Below are positions 13,726-27,581 of a stretch of DNA of 64,000 nucleotides, one piece after another. Each line of letters starts with the position of its first letter. The first letter of the stretch is position 1. The stretch spans positions 6,944,001 through 7,008,000 of the forward strand of contig OZ059899.1 in the NCBI GenBank assembly GCA_964057225.1. The letters run 5' to 3'. Source of the DNA: Auanema rhodensis (lineage: Eukaryota; Animalia; Nematoda). Below the pieces are notes generated by a model that did not search any database, had not been told where the DNA came from, and saw only the letters and a program-made list of their open reading frames with translations. The translations under genes and the position numbers were made by a program.

Positions 13726-14049
13726 ATGTCTGATACGAATTTTTCCTTTCTTAGTAAAATTCCCGATCAATGTGGATACATTGTGTACTCTGATGGTGCT
13801 CTTATTAAGGTATTTCAGAGCAGTATTTTTTTACTAATACTATTTTTTTCTAAGTCAGAAGGAGAGCTCGAAAATCGTGAAAGCATTGTCGAAATAGCTC
13901 AGAAACTTTTGCGCATTCCTCGAACAGACGAACTTCCAAAAGACACAAAATTCAATCAAATCACTGTCCAGTTTGCCAAGCATTTTTATACTATCTCTCA
14001 AAGTGGAAAAAATATTTACATTGTGAAAAGACGATGTGCTCAGTCATAA
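13726..14049 (+). CDS. LAMTOR4: Ragulator complex subunit LAMTOR4-like
   Basis: LSKIPDQCGYIVYSDGALIK|SEGELENRE...FNQITVQFAKHFYTISQSGKNIYIVKR. One 45-nt in-frame intron (13810-13854). Confidence 0.82.
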   Translation: MSDTNFSFLSKIPDQCGYIVYSDGALIKVFQSSIFLLILFFSKSEGELENRESIVEIAQKLLRIPRTDELPKDTKFNQITVQFAKHFYTISQSGKNIYIVKRRCAQS

Positions 14050-14249
14050 GTCACTTGTTTTATACGCCTTTTTTAGTTTCACATTCCTATGAAATGCTTA
14101 TGTGAATTTATGTTTCAATAGTTAAAAAAAACTAGATATATGTAAAAATTTGGAAAAGATTTGTACTAACATGAATAAAGCTTTATGCAAGGGAGATCAT
14201 GTGATTATGCGAAACATTTTGCTCCGTTTGTTATTGCTACATATAGTCA

Positions 14250-16607
14250 TCAGTTGCTCTTTGTCTTCACGGTTCTAGTCTCAATTCTTGTGGTTGTTTT
14301 AACTTGATTGTCGTTATTATTGTCCTAAAGGAAAAAAAAACTTTTAAACAGTTTTTTGAACCAAACTAACCTGATCGTAGTTATTTTTAGTTCTGTAAAA
14401 CGCTGAAAATAGGAATGACATATAGAATCCACTAATCATGAAAGCAGTGATATGATTTGGGGAATAAATTCCAAGAATCCAATGACCGAAGATATTCAGA
14501 AGAAATACTACTATTTGAGTCTGCAAAAATAGTTAGTTTTATTTATTATAATCAGTTGTTGTACTATAAGTCTGCTTGCAACATAAGTGATTTGCGCATT
14601 AGGAGAAAAGTATCTTGCTTGAATCGAACTCAAAGCAGGAATGAGAGATAAACATCCGAACAAGCGACACCAAAGAATATGATGAGAATCAATGTTATGT
14701 TCTGGTTTTATCTGAAGTAATTTTCTAAATAGTAAAACAGCATCTTCCTTAGCTACCACAATTTTCAAAATGTGCTGTGGAAAAGCAAAATGAAGCATGG
14801 TCATCAATAGTGACAAACCACCATCGATGTACATTGCATTCTCAAAATAAAAACTGCCTTTGCCCTAAACGAATAATTAGTATGTATTTTCATCTTTAAC
14901 AGACCTCTATCCATGTTGTTGAACGTTTAACCATGGAATCAACCTCTTCTTGGGATGTTCTTTTATTAAGAAAGAGACGAAGAACTTCTGTGAAGAACCA
15001 TATTCCTTCTGCTAATAAAGCACAAATGATAAACTATAAAATGGAAATACACATTTTATTGGATGCGGAATATTAAACAAACGTTATCAGAAATCAGTAA
15101 CCCTCTTGTAGATTTGTGACTGAAATTCCAAGCGGCAAAAAGCTGCGTGAATAGACAAAAGAACGAAGACATAACACGAGCATACAATAATGGTTGTTCA
15201 ATCTTTCCAGGTTCGTTTTCTATCGACCAAAGAAAATAAGAAAGACCGATCTATACAAGATTAAAACTTTTGGATTTCAAACACTAATACATACGTGAAA
15301 TGCTCCTTGATAAGCTTGAAGAAATTTATGTAAAACATTGAATTCTCCATTAACCTGATTATTGAAAAAACCTTAGAATCAATGTAATATACTAACTGTT
15401 ACACCAAGAAAATAAGAAGAGCACAGTAGGTAGAAAAAGCCAAGTGATACATGTGCAGCAAGCTGACTTCGATTCCGATATTTTAATGGTATAAAAGGAA
15501 TAAATGCCGCTAAGAAAAATGCAGCTACAAGAATATGAGGAATCAATGCCAGAACCATTATCCACCTGAATATATTCATTAATCTGCGTAAATTTTTGCC
15601 TCAAGATAAAACATGATAATAAGCATAAATAACTTTGTAGTATGAACCATTTTAATGAATTGAGCTTGCTGTTACTTGAAACAATATGATTCATGGAAAA
15701 ATCATTAAATTTAAAAGGAAGGCAGCTGCCAAAATGCAATCGATTGAATTGAAAATTAGGCTTACTAACATATTTCGGAGAATCGATTAAAGAAGACGAA
15801 AAAAAAACTCAAAGCTTCAATATCCGCAACTAAACGACGAAAGATGCTAAGTATTGCACAAACAAGCACAAAAAGCCAAAGTTCGTAGAGCCGGGTAGCC
15901 ACAAACAGCTTGGCTGCTATTTGTATTATCTTTTAAGCATAAGTCCGTGGCATTTCTACCCAATCACAATACAACGTTAAGTAAATAATATTACTAGCTA
16001 ACAGAAACAGATTCTTATAATATATGAAGCAGTTTTCAGAACAAGGCCGCAAAGGCTTTCAACGAATAGTACAGGCTTAGCTGCTAGACAACAGACGCTT
16101 GGCTAGTGGTCAATGGCACTCCTTCTCTTCTTACGCTCTATGTAGATCAGCGCAAGCTGACCTATTCTTACCAACGACAATGTGACAGATGGTCACTGAA
16201 AAGCTAGCTCATTTGAGAAGAGAACATTTGCAGAAAAGGGATAGACAGACGATAAATAGAGTATCTAATAATAAAATAAAAATTGTGCCCAATGATCAGC
16301 ATATTTCTATCTGAGTAACATCATAGATTTGTAGGCTATTGTTTTTATTTTTTCGATAAATAAATATGGCAAATAAAAAAATGTCATCATAAATAACGGA
16401 ACAATGCAGTCCTTTTTGAATTTATAATTATTTTACAACCATCTTAAAGCTCAAAAAAATATAGTTATCTTAAAATTATTACTTACGCCCCAATTACTAT
16501 TGCAATCATTAACGGTTTGTTCATCATCTCTTTCCAATAAAAGTCCTGAGGAACAGAATCAATTTTGAGTATTTGACATCTATTATTAATACCTTGTGCG
16601 ACAGCAT
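14250..16607 (-). CDS. Uncharacterised multipass membrane protein
   Basis: Phase-consistent exons MLSHK|DFYWKEMMNKPLMIAIVIGA|WIMVLALIPHILVAAFF...YIDGGLSLLMTMLHFAFPQHILK...HILWCRLFGCLSL...GHWILGIYSPNHIT, with many hydrophobic segments. The start codon is uncertain. Confidence 0.7.
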
Positions 16608-16981
16608 CTTGGATTTTGCTTTTCACCACATCCTTCTTGGGCCTTGTAAATTCTACCTGAGAGCCAGATTCTGAGAAATCACCCCATCTTCTTATTTTTT
16701 TCTATTAAAATAAACAACAAAAAGATTTCAACTAATAAACCTCTCGTTTTACGCATACTATGCAACAAAATATTACAGTTAATATAATGAAATACATCGG
16801 TATGCAGAGAATTTTTGTGGAGCACCGACCGATAATCCCAGAGAGTCAGAAAAAATAAACTTCGAAAGCATAATTTATTATTGATTAATCTTTAATTAAA
16901 TACAATCCATAAAACGACGCATGAGTTTAGAATCAGGGGTTTTTATATGCAGTTATGAAAATATAAAAGTAGTTATATAAA

Positions 16982-18579
16982 TTAGTTTTGAATTGGTGAA
17001 ATGAAACTCTCATACAGCGATTTAATTTGAGCTGCCCTATTGAGTTTGACATAGTCATAAATAATATTATCAGAAAGAGAGAGCATTTCGTCCAAAATTT
17101 GTTTCAGTTCACTCAATTTTTCCTTTTGATTTGCACTCTGCATTGCAGGAGAGCTAATAGGTCGATTTTCTTTATCTTCGGATATCGAATTGTCGAAATT
17201 CTATAAAAAAATTTAAATTCTAAGAATATAACTAAAAACTAACCTCAATTTTTATGAATGCCTGATTATTCTGGACGTTGCACAATGGACGAAAGCCGGT
17301 CGAGGATACAGTAGAAGTACTAATTGGTAAGCTGGGCTCATTGGAACTATTTGGCACTACAGGAGATGGTGCTACCACTGTAGAAACTGTAGTAGGAGGC
17401 ATTATGGGTGCCAAGGGATATGCGAGAGTATGAGGAATGGATTGTGAAACCGGTTGAGCCAACGAATTTTGCATATTTGGTTGTATTGTTTGAACCATAG
17501 TTTGAGGAAATACTTGAGGTATCGGTTGTGTAACAGATTGTGGCAAATTCTGTTGGAATGGTACGAGAGAGGACAAGGTAGTTATGTCAGGAAGACCAGG
17601 TTGATTAACTACGGGTACTTTACCACACAATGCGAGCTGAAGAAATAAAAAGGTGTAATTGAATTTATTTTAAAAGAACTAACCAAGTTGTTATAGAAAT
17701 TATGCATTTGTTGTGGATCAGTTGGCGCCGCACCATTGCCAGCAGACTTTATGTAATCATTAGAATCCGACGACTTAGTTTCAGGGGATGATACTGAAGT
17801 CTCTGTTGGAGTGCAGGACTGAGAACTCTCGCCATCTGAAGGAGATCGTTCCTTTGTACTGACAGGAGAAGACGCTAATGCCATGGAGAAACCTAGAAAC
17901 AAAAATAAAAGCTCCATGCAGTAAATAGAAACATACTTTTTCGGCTGTATCTTCTCTTGGGTTTAGAATCAGTTTTAGCCGGTAAGGGAGCAGCTGTAAC
18001 AGAATGACCGGAGTGAATGCTACGAAGCTGTGAAATACGTAGTGTCTAAAAAAAAAAATAAAAACACATAAAGATAATTTAAAAAGCTTACCTTGTTTTT
18101 GAAATGATAGCACACTCTTAGCATAGCCTCACAACCACAAGGTAAATAATTTTGATTAGGTCTGGAGCCATTGCCTAAAAATAGAAAATAATAGAAAATA
18201 ATAAAAAAGTGGATAGACTAGTGTTACCTCGCTTTCTAGGCTGTCCGTAATGTGCACACTGATAAACAATATAACGATAATGACAAACTGTATCGACATT
18301 TCCGTTAGCATCTTTAAGAGTCTCAGATGAAGCAACTCGGAATGGGTGATTGTACGTCTTCTTCCAAGCTTCAAATTCAGCTTTGAATTCGGCAAAACTA
18401 AACCAAATATAATATTTAAAAGCTAAGCACACTAAAAACAACCTCTTAAACTCGGCTTCTAGTTCGATTCTAGTTGCATTTTCTGATTGTGAAGTTCCAC
18501 TGGGACTAGAAGAATTAACTACAGATGATGAAGGTATCAGTGTAGAATCATTCAAAGAATCGTTAAACGTTGAATCCAT
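16982..18579 (-). CDS. FAR1/WRKY-like (ZSWIM3 N-terminal type) zinc-finger protein with a P/Q/S-rich C-terminal half
   Basis: FAEFKAEFEAWKKTYNHPFRVASSETL...YRYIVYQCAHYGQPRKRGNGSRPNQNYLPCGCEAMLRV...LRISQLRSIHSGH gives a C..C..H..H pattern like Mutator-derived DNA-binding domains. Confidence 0.7.
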
Positions 18580-18738
18580 AGATGTATCGGCTATAACTTA
18601 TATTGTATTAAGGAATCCAAACTTGCAACTATACCGGAGTTTGTGTGTGCAAATACGTTAGTATTGTAAAGGGTGTTCGGAATTCTTCTTCTTTTTGCAG
18701 CAGGTTCAGAAATCTAATATAAATCAAATAATATCAAT

Positions 18739-18746
<8 letters not shown>

Positions 18747-18826
<80 letters not shown>
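18747..18826. repeat. (TA)n microsatellite
   Basis: About 80 bp perfect TA run; it produces the spurious IYIY ORF. Confidence 0.95.
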
Positions 18827-18828
<2 letters not shown>

Positions 18829-19426
18829 TTATAAACGTTACCTCTTCTTCTCCTACTTCAACGAACTTAGAAGCGTCGTATGTCATTACACTAAAATGAA
18901 TTAAGGTAATTTCTTCTTCACAAATAATAGCTAGAAAATTGGTTTCGAGTAACTGCTTACAGGTTGAAACCTTTCAGTGACTAGAGCTGGTTAATAAATG
19001 TTCACTTGCTAACAATATCTGCCCTACTTATTAAATTGCCTAATCCCAACGGCAATTGTGACCGGAGGTGCTCACAGAGATGCCGACAGAACTGACGAAT
19101 ATTAGGCTAAGTATGAATTCCAATGTGCCTGGAACCGATTGCTTTTGATTCCTATTGGCAAAGATCATGTTATGAACAATTCTCATGTCAATCATATCCA
19201 ATCGGTAATACTACCTTTCCCGAACTGCCACGACCGATTACACTACAGTATCAGATTAGTATATCATTTTAAAAGTCGATAACTGGTGATTTCGAGAATA
19301 TAGTCATTTTATTTGGGAAAACTAGCAAACTTTCAAATCGCAACTTGTTTTGATATTGATTGTTCAAGTAACATAATCAATAATTACTATTGTTTTATTG
19401 TTTTTAGATGAAAGTACAAAATTAGT

Positions 19427-20915
19427 TCAGATATCATTAGTTGTGGTATCATTAATTTCTGCAATCCTCTCAGCATCAAATTCTTCTGGTTTAAGTTGAA
19501 TAAAAGTTATTTCCAAGCTTTCACTAATCTGATTTTAATATTTTTGATATTAGTAAATTAAAAATTAGAAACATACTTGCACGATTGCCGCATAATTTCT
19601 TAAACCGTCATGATATCGCGCAGCCGAAAATACAGTTATCAGCTTTCTGTTAGCAAAGAGCCCATATCCAAATTCCACAACCTATGAAATATTCGAGCAT
19701 TACACATGTGCTATACTTTTACTTTTACTTGATGTGCTCTAATTATTAAATCAATTTTTAGCTGTTCACACTTTTCATTAACAATATCTTCTCCAAACAT
19801 GTGAGATACTGATCGATTGGTATTAGCCTATGATATCTTTGAGCAAACTAACATAATTCAGAACTACCTGAAAACCTGTTATAGCTGGATCAGGATCAGA
19901 CCAAAGCAAATCTTGAGCCAATCCCTTAACAGCAGGCAATGGTCGTTTAATAGCTTTGATATCATTCAGAGATTTCAGTTCCGGTGATAATCCTAATTTA
20001 TATTAAAGATAGAAGATGCTGTTTGAATCGTACCTCCATGCATACAAAGAATTTTTTCAGAAACTAAGGCTGCAAGTGGCATAAGAGCAAAAACATTATT
20101 GAATTGATCATATAATGCCTTTGCTTCCCCAGGTCCTTTAAATCTTTCTTCTATTTCTTGCCAAAAGCCATAGATTCTATGTAAAAATAAAGAATTTCAA
20201 AATTATTTATACTAATACAATACTTGTTGATATGTTGAAGTTCATGGTTGCCTCTAAGCAGATATACCTTGCTTGGAAATTGTATTCGACACGATAATAA
20301 TAGAGTAATTACTTCAATTGAGTGTCTGCCTCTATCAACATAATCTCCAAGAAACAAAAATTTGTTTTTAAAAGGTAAACCACATGCCTATCATTAAAAA
20401 TCATTAATAATTGACATAATAATATGTTTTCTTACGTTGAATATTCTCATTAGATCACCATATTGCCCATGAATATCACCGCAAACATTTACAGGTGCGC
20501 GAAGCTAAAACTGGATGTATTATTATGTTTCATACAGTTTAAACTTCGATTAATGTTTCACTTTTAGTGAAAGCCTCTTTTGCTTTTTCAAGAATTACAA
20601 ACAGATCTCGTATCTAAATAAAAGTCACTTGCTTTTCGATGACTTATTCATACTTTATAATCCATTTGTTTAGGACCAGCTAGAAGATGTCTTTTTATGA
20701 ACGATTTAATATCAAAGTTGACAAAATCCTCTGTTGTGAAAAATTCGCTTTTCTTCTTAATATAATATTGATTATGTCAAGTTTTATTTTTCAACTCACG
20801 TTTTCTAGCTTCTGCAAAAAAATCACGAGATTTTAAATGGAGAGTCAGTTAACGTAATACCTACACTTTGGTCAGGGGGTTGCAAGATTTCTTGCTGGTG
20901 AACAGATTGTATCAT
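19427..20915 (-). CDS. PP1-like Ser/Thr protein phosphatase (nematode-expanded, sperm-type clade likely)
   Basis: PPP motifs [48 protein letters not shown] across the exons. Confidence 0.9.
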
Positions 20916-21052
20916 TCTTACTTAAAATTCTTTTAATGAATAATTATTAATTTAGAGCAGCTCCTTGCAACCGACTCTTAGAAGGATGAGAGAAAACAAA
21001 ACTTTCACGTCACCACGTGAAACTACTAGTATCATTTTTAAATGACACAACA

Positions 21053-22570
<1,518 letters not shown>

Positions 22571-22822
22571 AGTTTTATTCCATAAGTTGATAATGCCATT
22601 TTTTTAATAATTTAAATATAATAATTTTTTTTCACAGTATGTTATTGAGCAGAATCAAAAAATAATAAAAAAGTACTAAGTTTTAAAGTTGTAGGCAAAG
22701 TTTGTATTGCACTCTGTTACTCGCATTGTCAAAAAAATAATGATAGAAATACCAAGTAATTATAGGCACATGTAAATATTTGTAAGTTAAAGATATTTCT
22801 CTTTTCTCTTGTAAAGTTTTGG

Positions 22823-25800
22823 TTAATGCTTTATCCTAGGCAGCTTTAATACATTATTGTTATTATTGTTGTTTCGATCCCGTCGATTATGTTCTATCTG
22901 AAATATCATTAAATAATTTCATTCTAGATAATAATATTTTACTCGTTTGGATTCTCCGACGTTTTCTGTGGATTTTGTTCTGAATTTCGACTTTACTCTA
23001 TTCGGAAGCATGTAGATTTCAATCGGACTAAAATTATTTTCACTACTATTTCGAAAAAAAAATTAGAGTTGAAAACTCACTTTTCCTCTTGATTAGTGTC
23101 AACCTCTATTCGACGCAAACGAGCTGACCGAACTCCATAGTGACGAAGACTAGAATCGCAAAAAGCCATCAACCTCTGCATTTTAGCCAATAAATCAACT
23201 TCTTGCGGGAATTTTTTCTCTGCTATCCAAAACATGAATTGCAAAAAGGCATGGAATGGTAATCCTTCAAATTTTATTTAGTTTTATAGAAGTGCTAGTT
23301 GATGATACCATTTGCTATTGTGCCTACATCTCCACTGAAGAAATAATTTATTTCAGACATTTTTGTTTCCATTTGTTGCGGAGTGACAACATTTACCAAA
23401 TTACATTTTCTGTATAATATAAAATTAAAGTTTAAACAACTATATATATAAAAAGAAACCTGACGAATTGACGTATGCCACCAGCAGAGATGTTAACCGT
23501 ATTCCTAATTTGAACAAACTGCATAAAAATGTACATAGCTTTATCCAAGAAAAGCAAATGACCACTGTGAGCACCATATCTTGTTGGAAATATCTAAGAT
23601 AAAACAATATAAAACAAAAATTATTGAAATATTATATACTTCACTGAGATGAGGTTTTCTTTTAGTTTTTAATGTATTCATATCATCTTGAAATTGGGTA
23701 ATATTATTACCATTTCTCAATGTATATGACCTGAAATATATATGTTTCAAAATTTCAATTAATTATTATAATTACTCTGATCTTGTTGAATATTCTTCAT
23801 CCAATAAACCCAAAACTAACAAAATTGTGTCTTTAACCAAAGGTATTTTAATGACCTGAATATGCACTTGGTATGGAGCAAAAATCTAGCAGCCCTTTAC
23901 CTCATCCACAATGCTTCGAACTCTTTGAGCTCCACTTTCTTCTAATGATCGTCCAGGAGCTGGTACAATATGATCTAAACCCAAGAAAAATATTATTGTT
24001 CAAAGTGTTCAATGGTAACCTATTGACAGAGAAGGAGCAGCATTAACCTCCAAAAGAACTGGAGTTCCATCTGATCGAATCATAATGTCAAACCCCATTA
24101 TCTACAAAAATAAAGAATTTTTTTAAAAAACATTATGTAACCAATCACTTGAAAACATTGCGGACCACGTGCATCATGAAAATGATGTTCATAATGAAGC
24201 ATAATTTCTGGTAACATAGCTAACACTGTCTGAATAATTTCATTTATGAACATATAGCATGCAACTCTGATTCACCTTCACCAATATAAGCTTAATATCA
24301 TGCCATAAGCGTTTTGTTTTTAATCCTCTTGCTTCCAATTGATGAAAAACCGTCGATAACAATCTTTTACTTCCTTTTAATTTTTTAATTATCTCAAAAA
24401 GAAATTTTATTGAATCCCTACCTTTTATCTGGTCTTGCAATGAGTGACTATGAACATACTGATTATTCGATTTATTTAACGAATAGTTTGTTAGATGAGC
24501 AAACAAATTTTCAAAGTTTGCTGAGGTAGGCTTTTCGTACTTTTCAGTACAAAACCTAGCCATGCCTATAAATTTTGAATAAACTAGAAAATGCAACGAA
24601 CAGGATGGATAAATTGACATTAGATGGTCGGTTGTGTAGCGTTCGTGGTGTAATGGTCAGCATGGATGCCTTCCAAGCATTCGACGGGGGTTCGATTCCC
24701 CCCGAACGCATACTTTTTGAAATTTTTTCATATATAATAAGAAATCATACCTTCACGAGCAACATACATGGATAATGGATTTATACTTCGTATAACACCA
24801 TATACGCGAAAATCAAATTTTAGACCATCTGACATTAGGAAAGGATCAGATACGTATTCCTGAAATATGTTTATGAAGTTGAATTTCTATTATATAATTA
24901 TTTCTTTCCGGCTTACTGATTAAACACGTCATAAATACATACATGTATATGACATATTTCTTATTGAAAAGAGAAAATTTTATTTTCAAAACATTTCGTT
25001 GAACTATTACCTGAACTAACTGCTTTTCTTGAGGATTTTTTATTAGATTCGGATGATTAATAAGATATATACCTGTTCCTTGAGCTCCTTAAGAATATAG
25101 ATATAGATACGAACTTTAACATTATAAATTACCTTCATCAGGCTTAACTATAAACCACATTTCTTGATATTTTCCATTTTGCTTACGTTTGTCCATTTCA
25201 TTTTTGAAAAAGCGCTGAAATGGATAACTAGAATATAAACTTCTTCTTATAAGTATTAATAATTTGGAAAAATTCAATAATTTAAAACTAGAGCTAACTT
25301 GAAAATCAACATAATGTGCTGGAAGAAACCATGATTTGGGATAGAATGCATATTCCTTTGGAAAAATTTTCTGCATTGACGAAATAGAATGAGTTAATGA
25401 AATTTTTTTGGCTAATTCTGTCATTCCTGAAATATAAAAATATATTTATATAAAAAGATTGATAATGTTATACCTGGAAACTTATTAATTTTAGCATTAG
25501 ATGATTGAACTATATTCCTCATATCATTATAAACAACATTGTGCCAATATAAATCACATGGACGTCCATCTGGACGGCCATTTGGAAACTAAAGTAAAAA
25601 AAGGCAATATAGCTTTTAAGCGAGTTTTTTGTTTTTTTTTATGTTGTTTCATGAAGCATTATTAAGCTATACCTCTTGTATTCCAATTTTTCTACTGCAT
25701 AAACTAACAGCGGGCAAGTTTGATTTACATCTTGATGTATCAATGGAATATCGGTTTGTTGAAGTCAAACGATTACGATATACACGAGTAAATGATCCAC

Positions 25801-27581
25801 TAATATAAATAATTTAATATAAAAACATATTTGTATATATAACTGACTTTGATATTTCACTTGGTGGTCTATTTTCCATAATAGATCCAATAGAAGAAGC
25901 CCTTGTAATTGGTCGAAATGATGGTAAAATCTGAGGCTAAAAATGAAAAATTAATATTGTTTTTCAAAATATAATATGATATGATTTAGTAAAAGTTTTG
26001 TAAATATCTATATATAAACTTAATATTATAAAATGTCAGGTTTCTTTCTTGGTTTCATAGAAGAAATGAAAAGAAATAGAACATAATTTTGCCTGTTAGG
26101 CCGACGGTTTGTTCGAGCATAATAAAAATGTCCGAAAAGTTTAAATATAAAACTACAAATGTACAAATTTTAGTTATATTTTTTGTTATTATTTGACTTA
26201 AAATAGAAGAAAAAAATGATAAACATTAGAAAAATGATAAACAATAAAGGATTTGTAAGATATACATGTGAGGTATTATTCACTGAGTTCCATGTATACA
26301 AATATTGAATAAAGGAAAGGAATGCAGAGAAAATAGTCAAAAATATTTCTGAGAACAAAAAATTATTTAAGAAGAACTATATTAGTTTCTGATTAAACTT
26401 TTTAAAATATTAAACTATTAGGTATGAATATATAAAGGTTGTACTATCATAAAGCATGCTCTTTGAAGTATGTGAGTGCGTCGACGAGCTCACTCAGATG
26501 CCGGAACGAGCTTACCAAATAAATGGCCGAACGTCCGACATGGACGGAGCTCAATTGGCCTTCAAAATGAGAAGAGAATTCCGGATAAAGAAAAAGAGTA
26601 TATTTTATGAAGAAATGGAAAGAGAACAATCAGTACGAGAGCTGTTGAGTTCAGCAGCTTTTTCTTTTTCATTTCTATCTTGGTTATTCTCTTTGTGGGT
26701 TACTATGGCAATCAGCTACATCCACATCAATATGTTCTCACCGCCTCTCACATTCTTATACTCTCCTCTTCATCATTCAATTACTTTTTCATTTTTTAAA
26801 TGTATAATCATAATATTGCTCGAACTCGTAGAAAGAAAACAAAAAAAAAGAGTGAAAAGGTTAAATCGTTTAAAGCTTCAAACTAAAGCAGAAAACGATT
26901 GTAACTACGTTAAAGATTAAAAAACAAATGTTTATACCACCTGAATAACAGAAGAAACAGAATGGATCAGTCATGATCGAAGAATCAAAATGGATATCAG
27001 GAGCACTGTTACACCTGTTTTTTCTACAGTATGGCAGTATTTTTATATAATCGTATGACTGATATTAAACTATATACATATAATAAAGGTATTATTATCT
27101 TTTTATACAATTTTTAAGTAGAAAAAAAACTTTTCAGAAAATTTGGCATTTTTTCATTGTGTTGAGAAAATGTATTAACATATCTCCTCTACCGAATACG
27201 AATAAATTTTCTACATGTTAGGACAATAAAAGAACTTTGCAGTTAATGATTAAAGATTACCTGAAGGACATAGTCATCTCCATCTAATTGATCATCTATA
27301 TCTAAATCGGGTGCAGTTGCCGTCTGTACTTCTACTTCCTTTAAGCTACTATAAGTTGTAATTGAATTATCTTTGATCTCAGAATCCACAGCTTTCTGCT
27401 TCATCAGCTCAATATCTTCCATGTCTTTTACCATCTCTTCTATAACGTGTATAGGACTAACCTAAAATAGGGTATGAAATAAATTAAAATTATAAGTTTT
27501 AATCACCTTGGCCGTCAGTACACGGGGCTGAACATTTTTTCCTCCTCCATCAACGGTGAATGTGGACAAATCGCATCCCAT
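22823..27581 (-). CDS. ttll-11: Tubulin polyglutamylase TTLL11-like
   Basis: INKFPGMTELAKK, FYPKSWFLP, FIVKPDEGAQGTGIYLI, GLKFDFRVY, MARFCTEKYEKPTSANF, HLTNYSLNK, CFQIMGFDIMI, LLEVNAAPSL. N-terminus MGCDLS. Confidence 0.88.
24639..24710 (+). tRNA. tRNA-Gly (anticodon TCC)
   Basis: GCGTTCG acceptor stem pairing with CGAACGC-A, D-loop TAATGGT, anticodon arm GATGC-CTTCCAA-GCATT, T-loop GGTTCGATTCC. TTTTT Pol III terminator 3 nt downstream. Confidence 0.97.
26699..26712 (-). promoter_or_regulatory. RFX/DAF-19 X-box candidate
   Basis: The minus strand reads ATTGCC-AT-AGTAAC, matching the nematode X-box consensus RTHNYY-WT-RRNRAC. It lies in a long 5' intron of the ciliary gene ttll-11. Confidence 0.6.

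Noticed and set aside
18695-18904. ORF with IYIYIY repeat
   Set aside because: It is a translation of the (TA)n microsatellite.
26456-26920. 154-aa + strand ORF
   Set aside because: It is antisense to the ttll-11 intron/internal promoter, low complexity, with no family signal.
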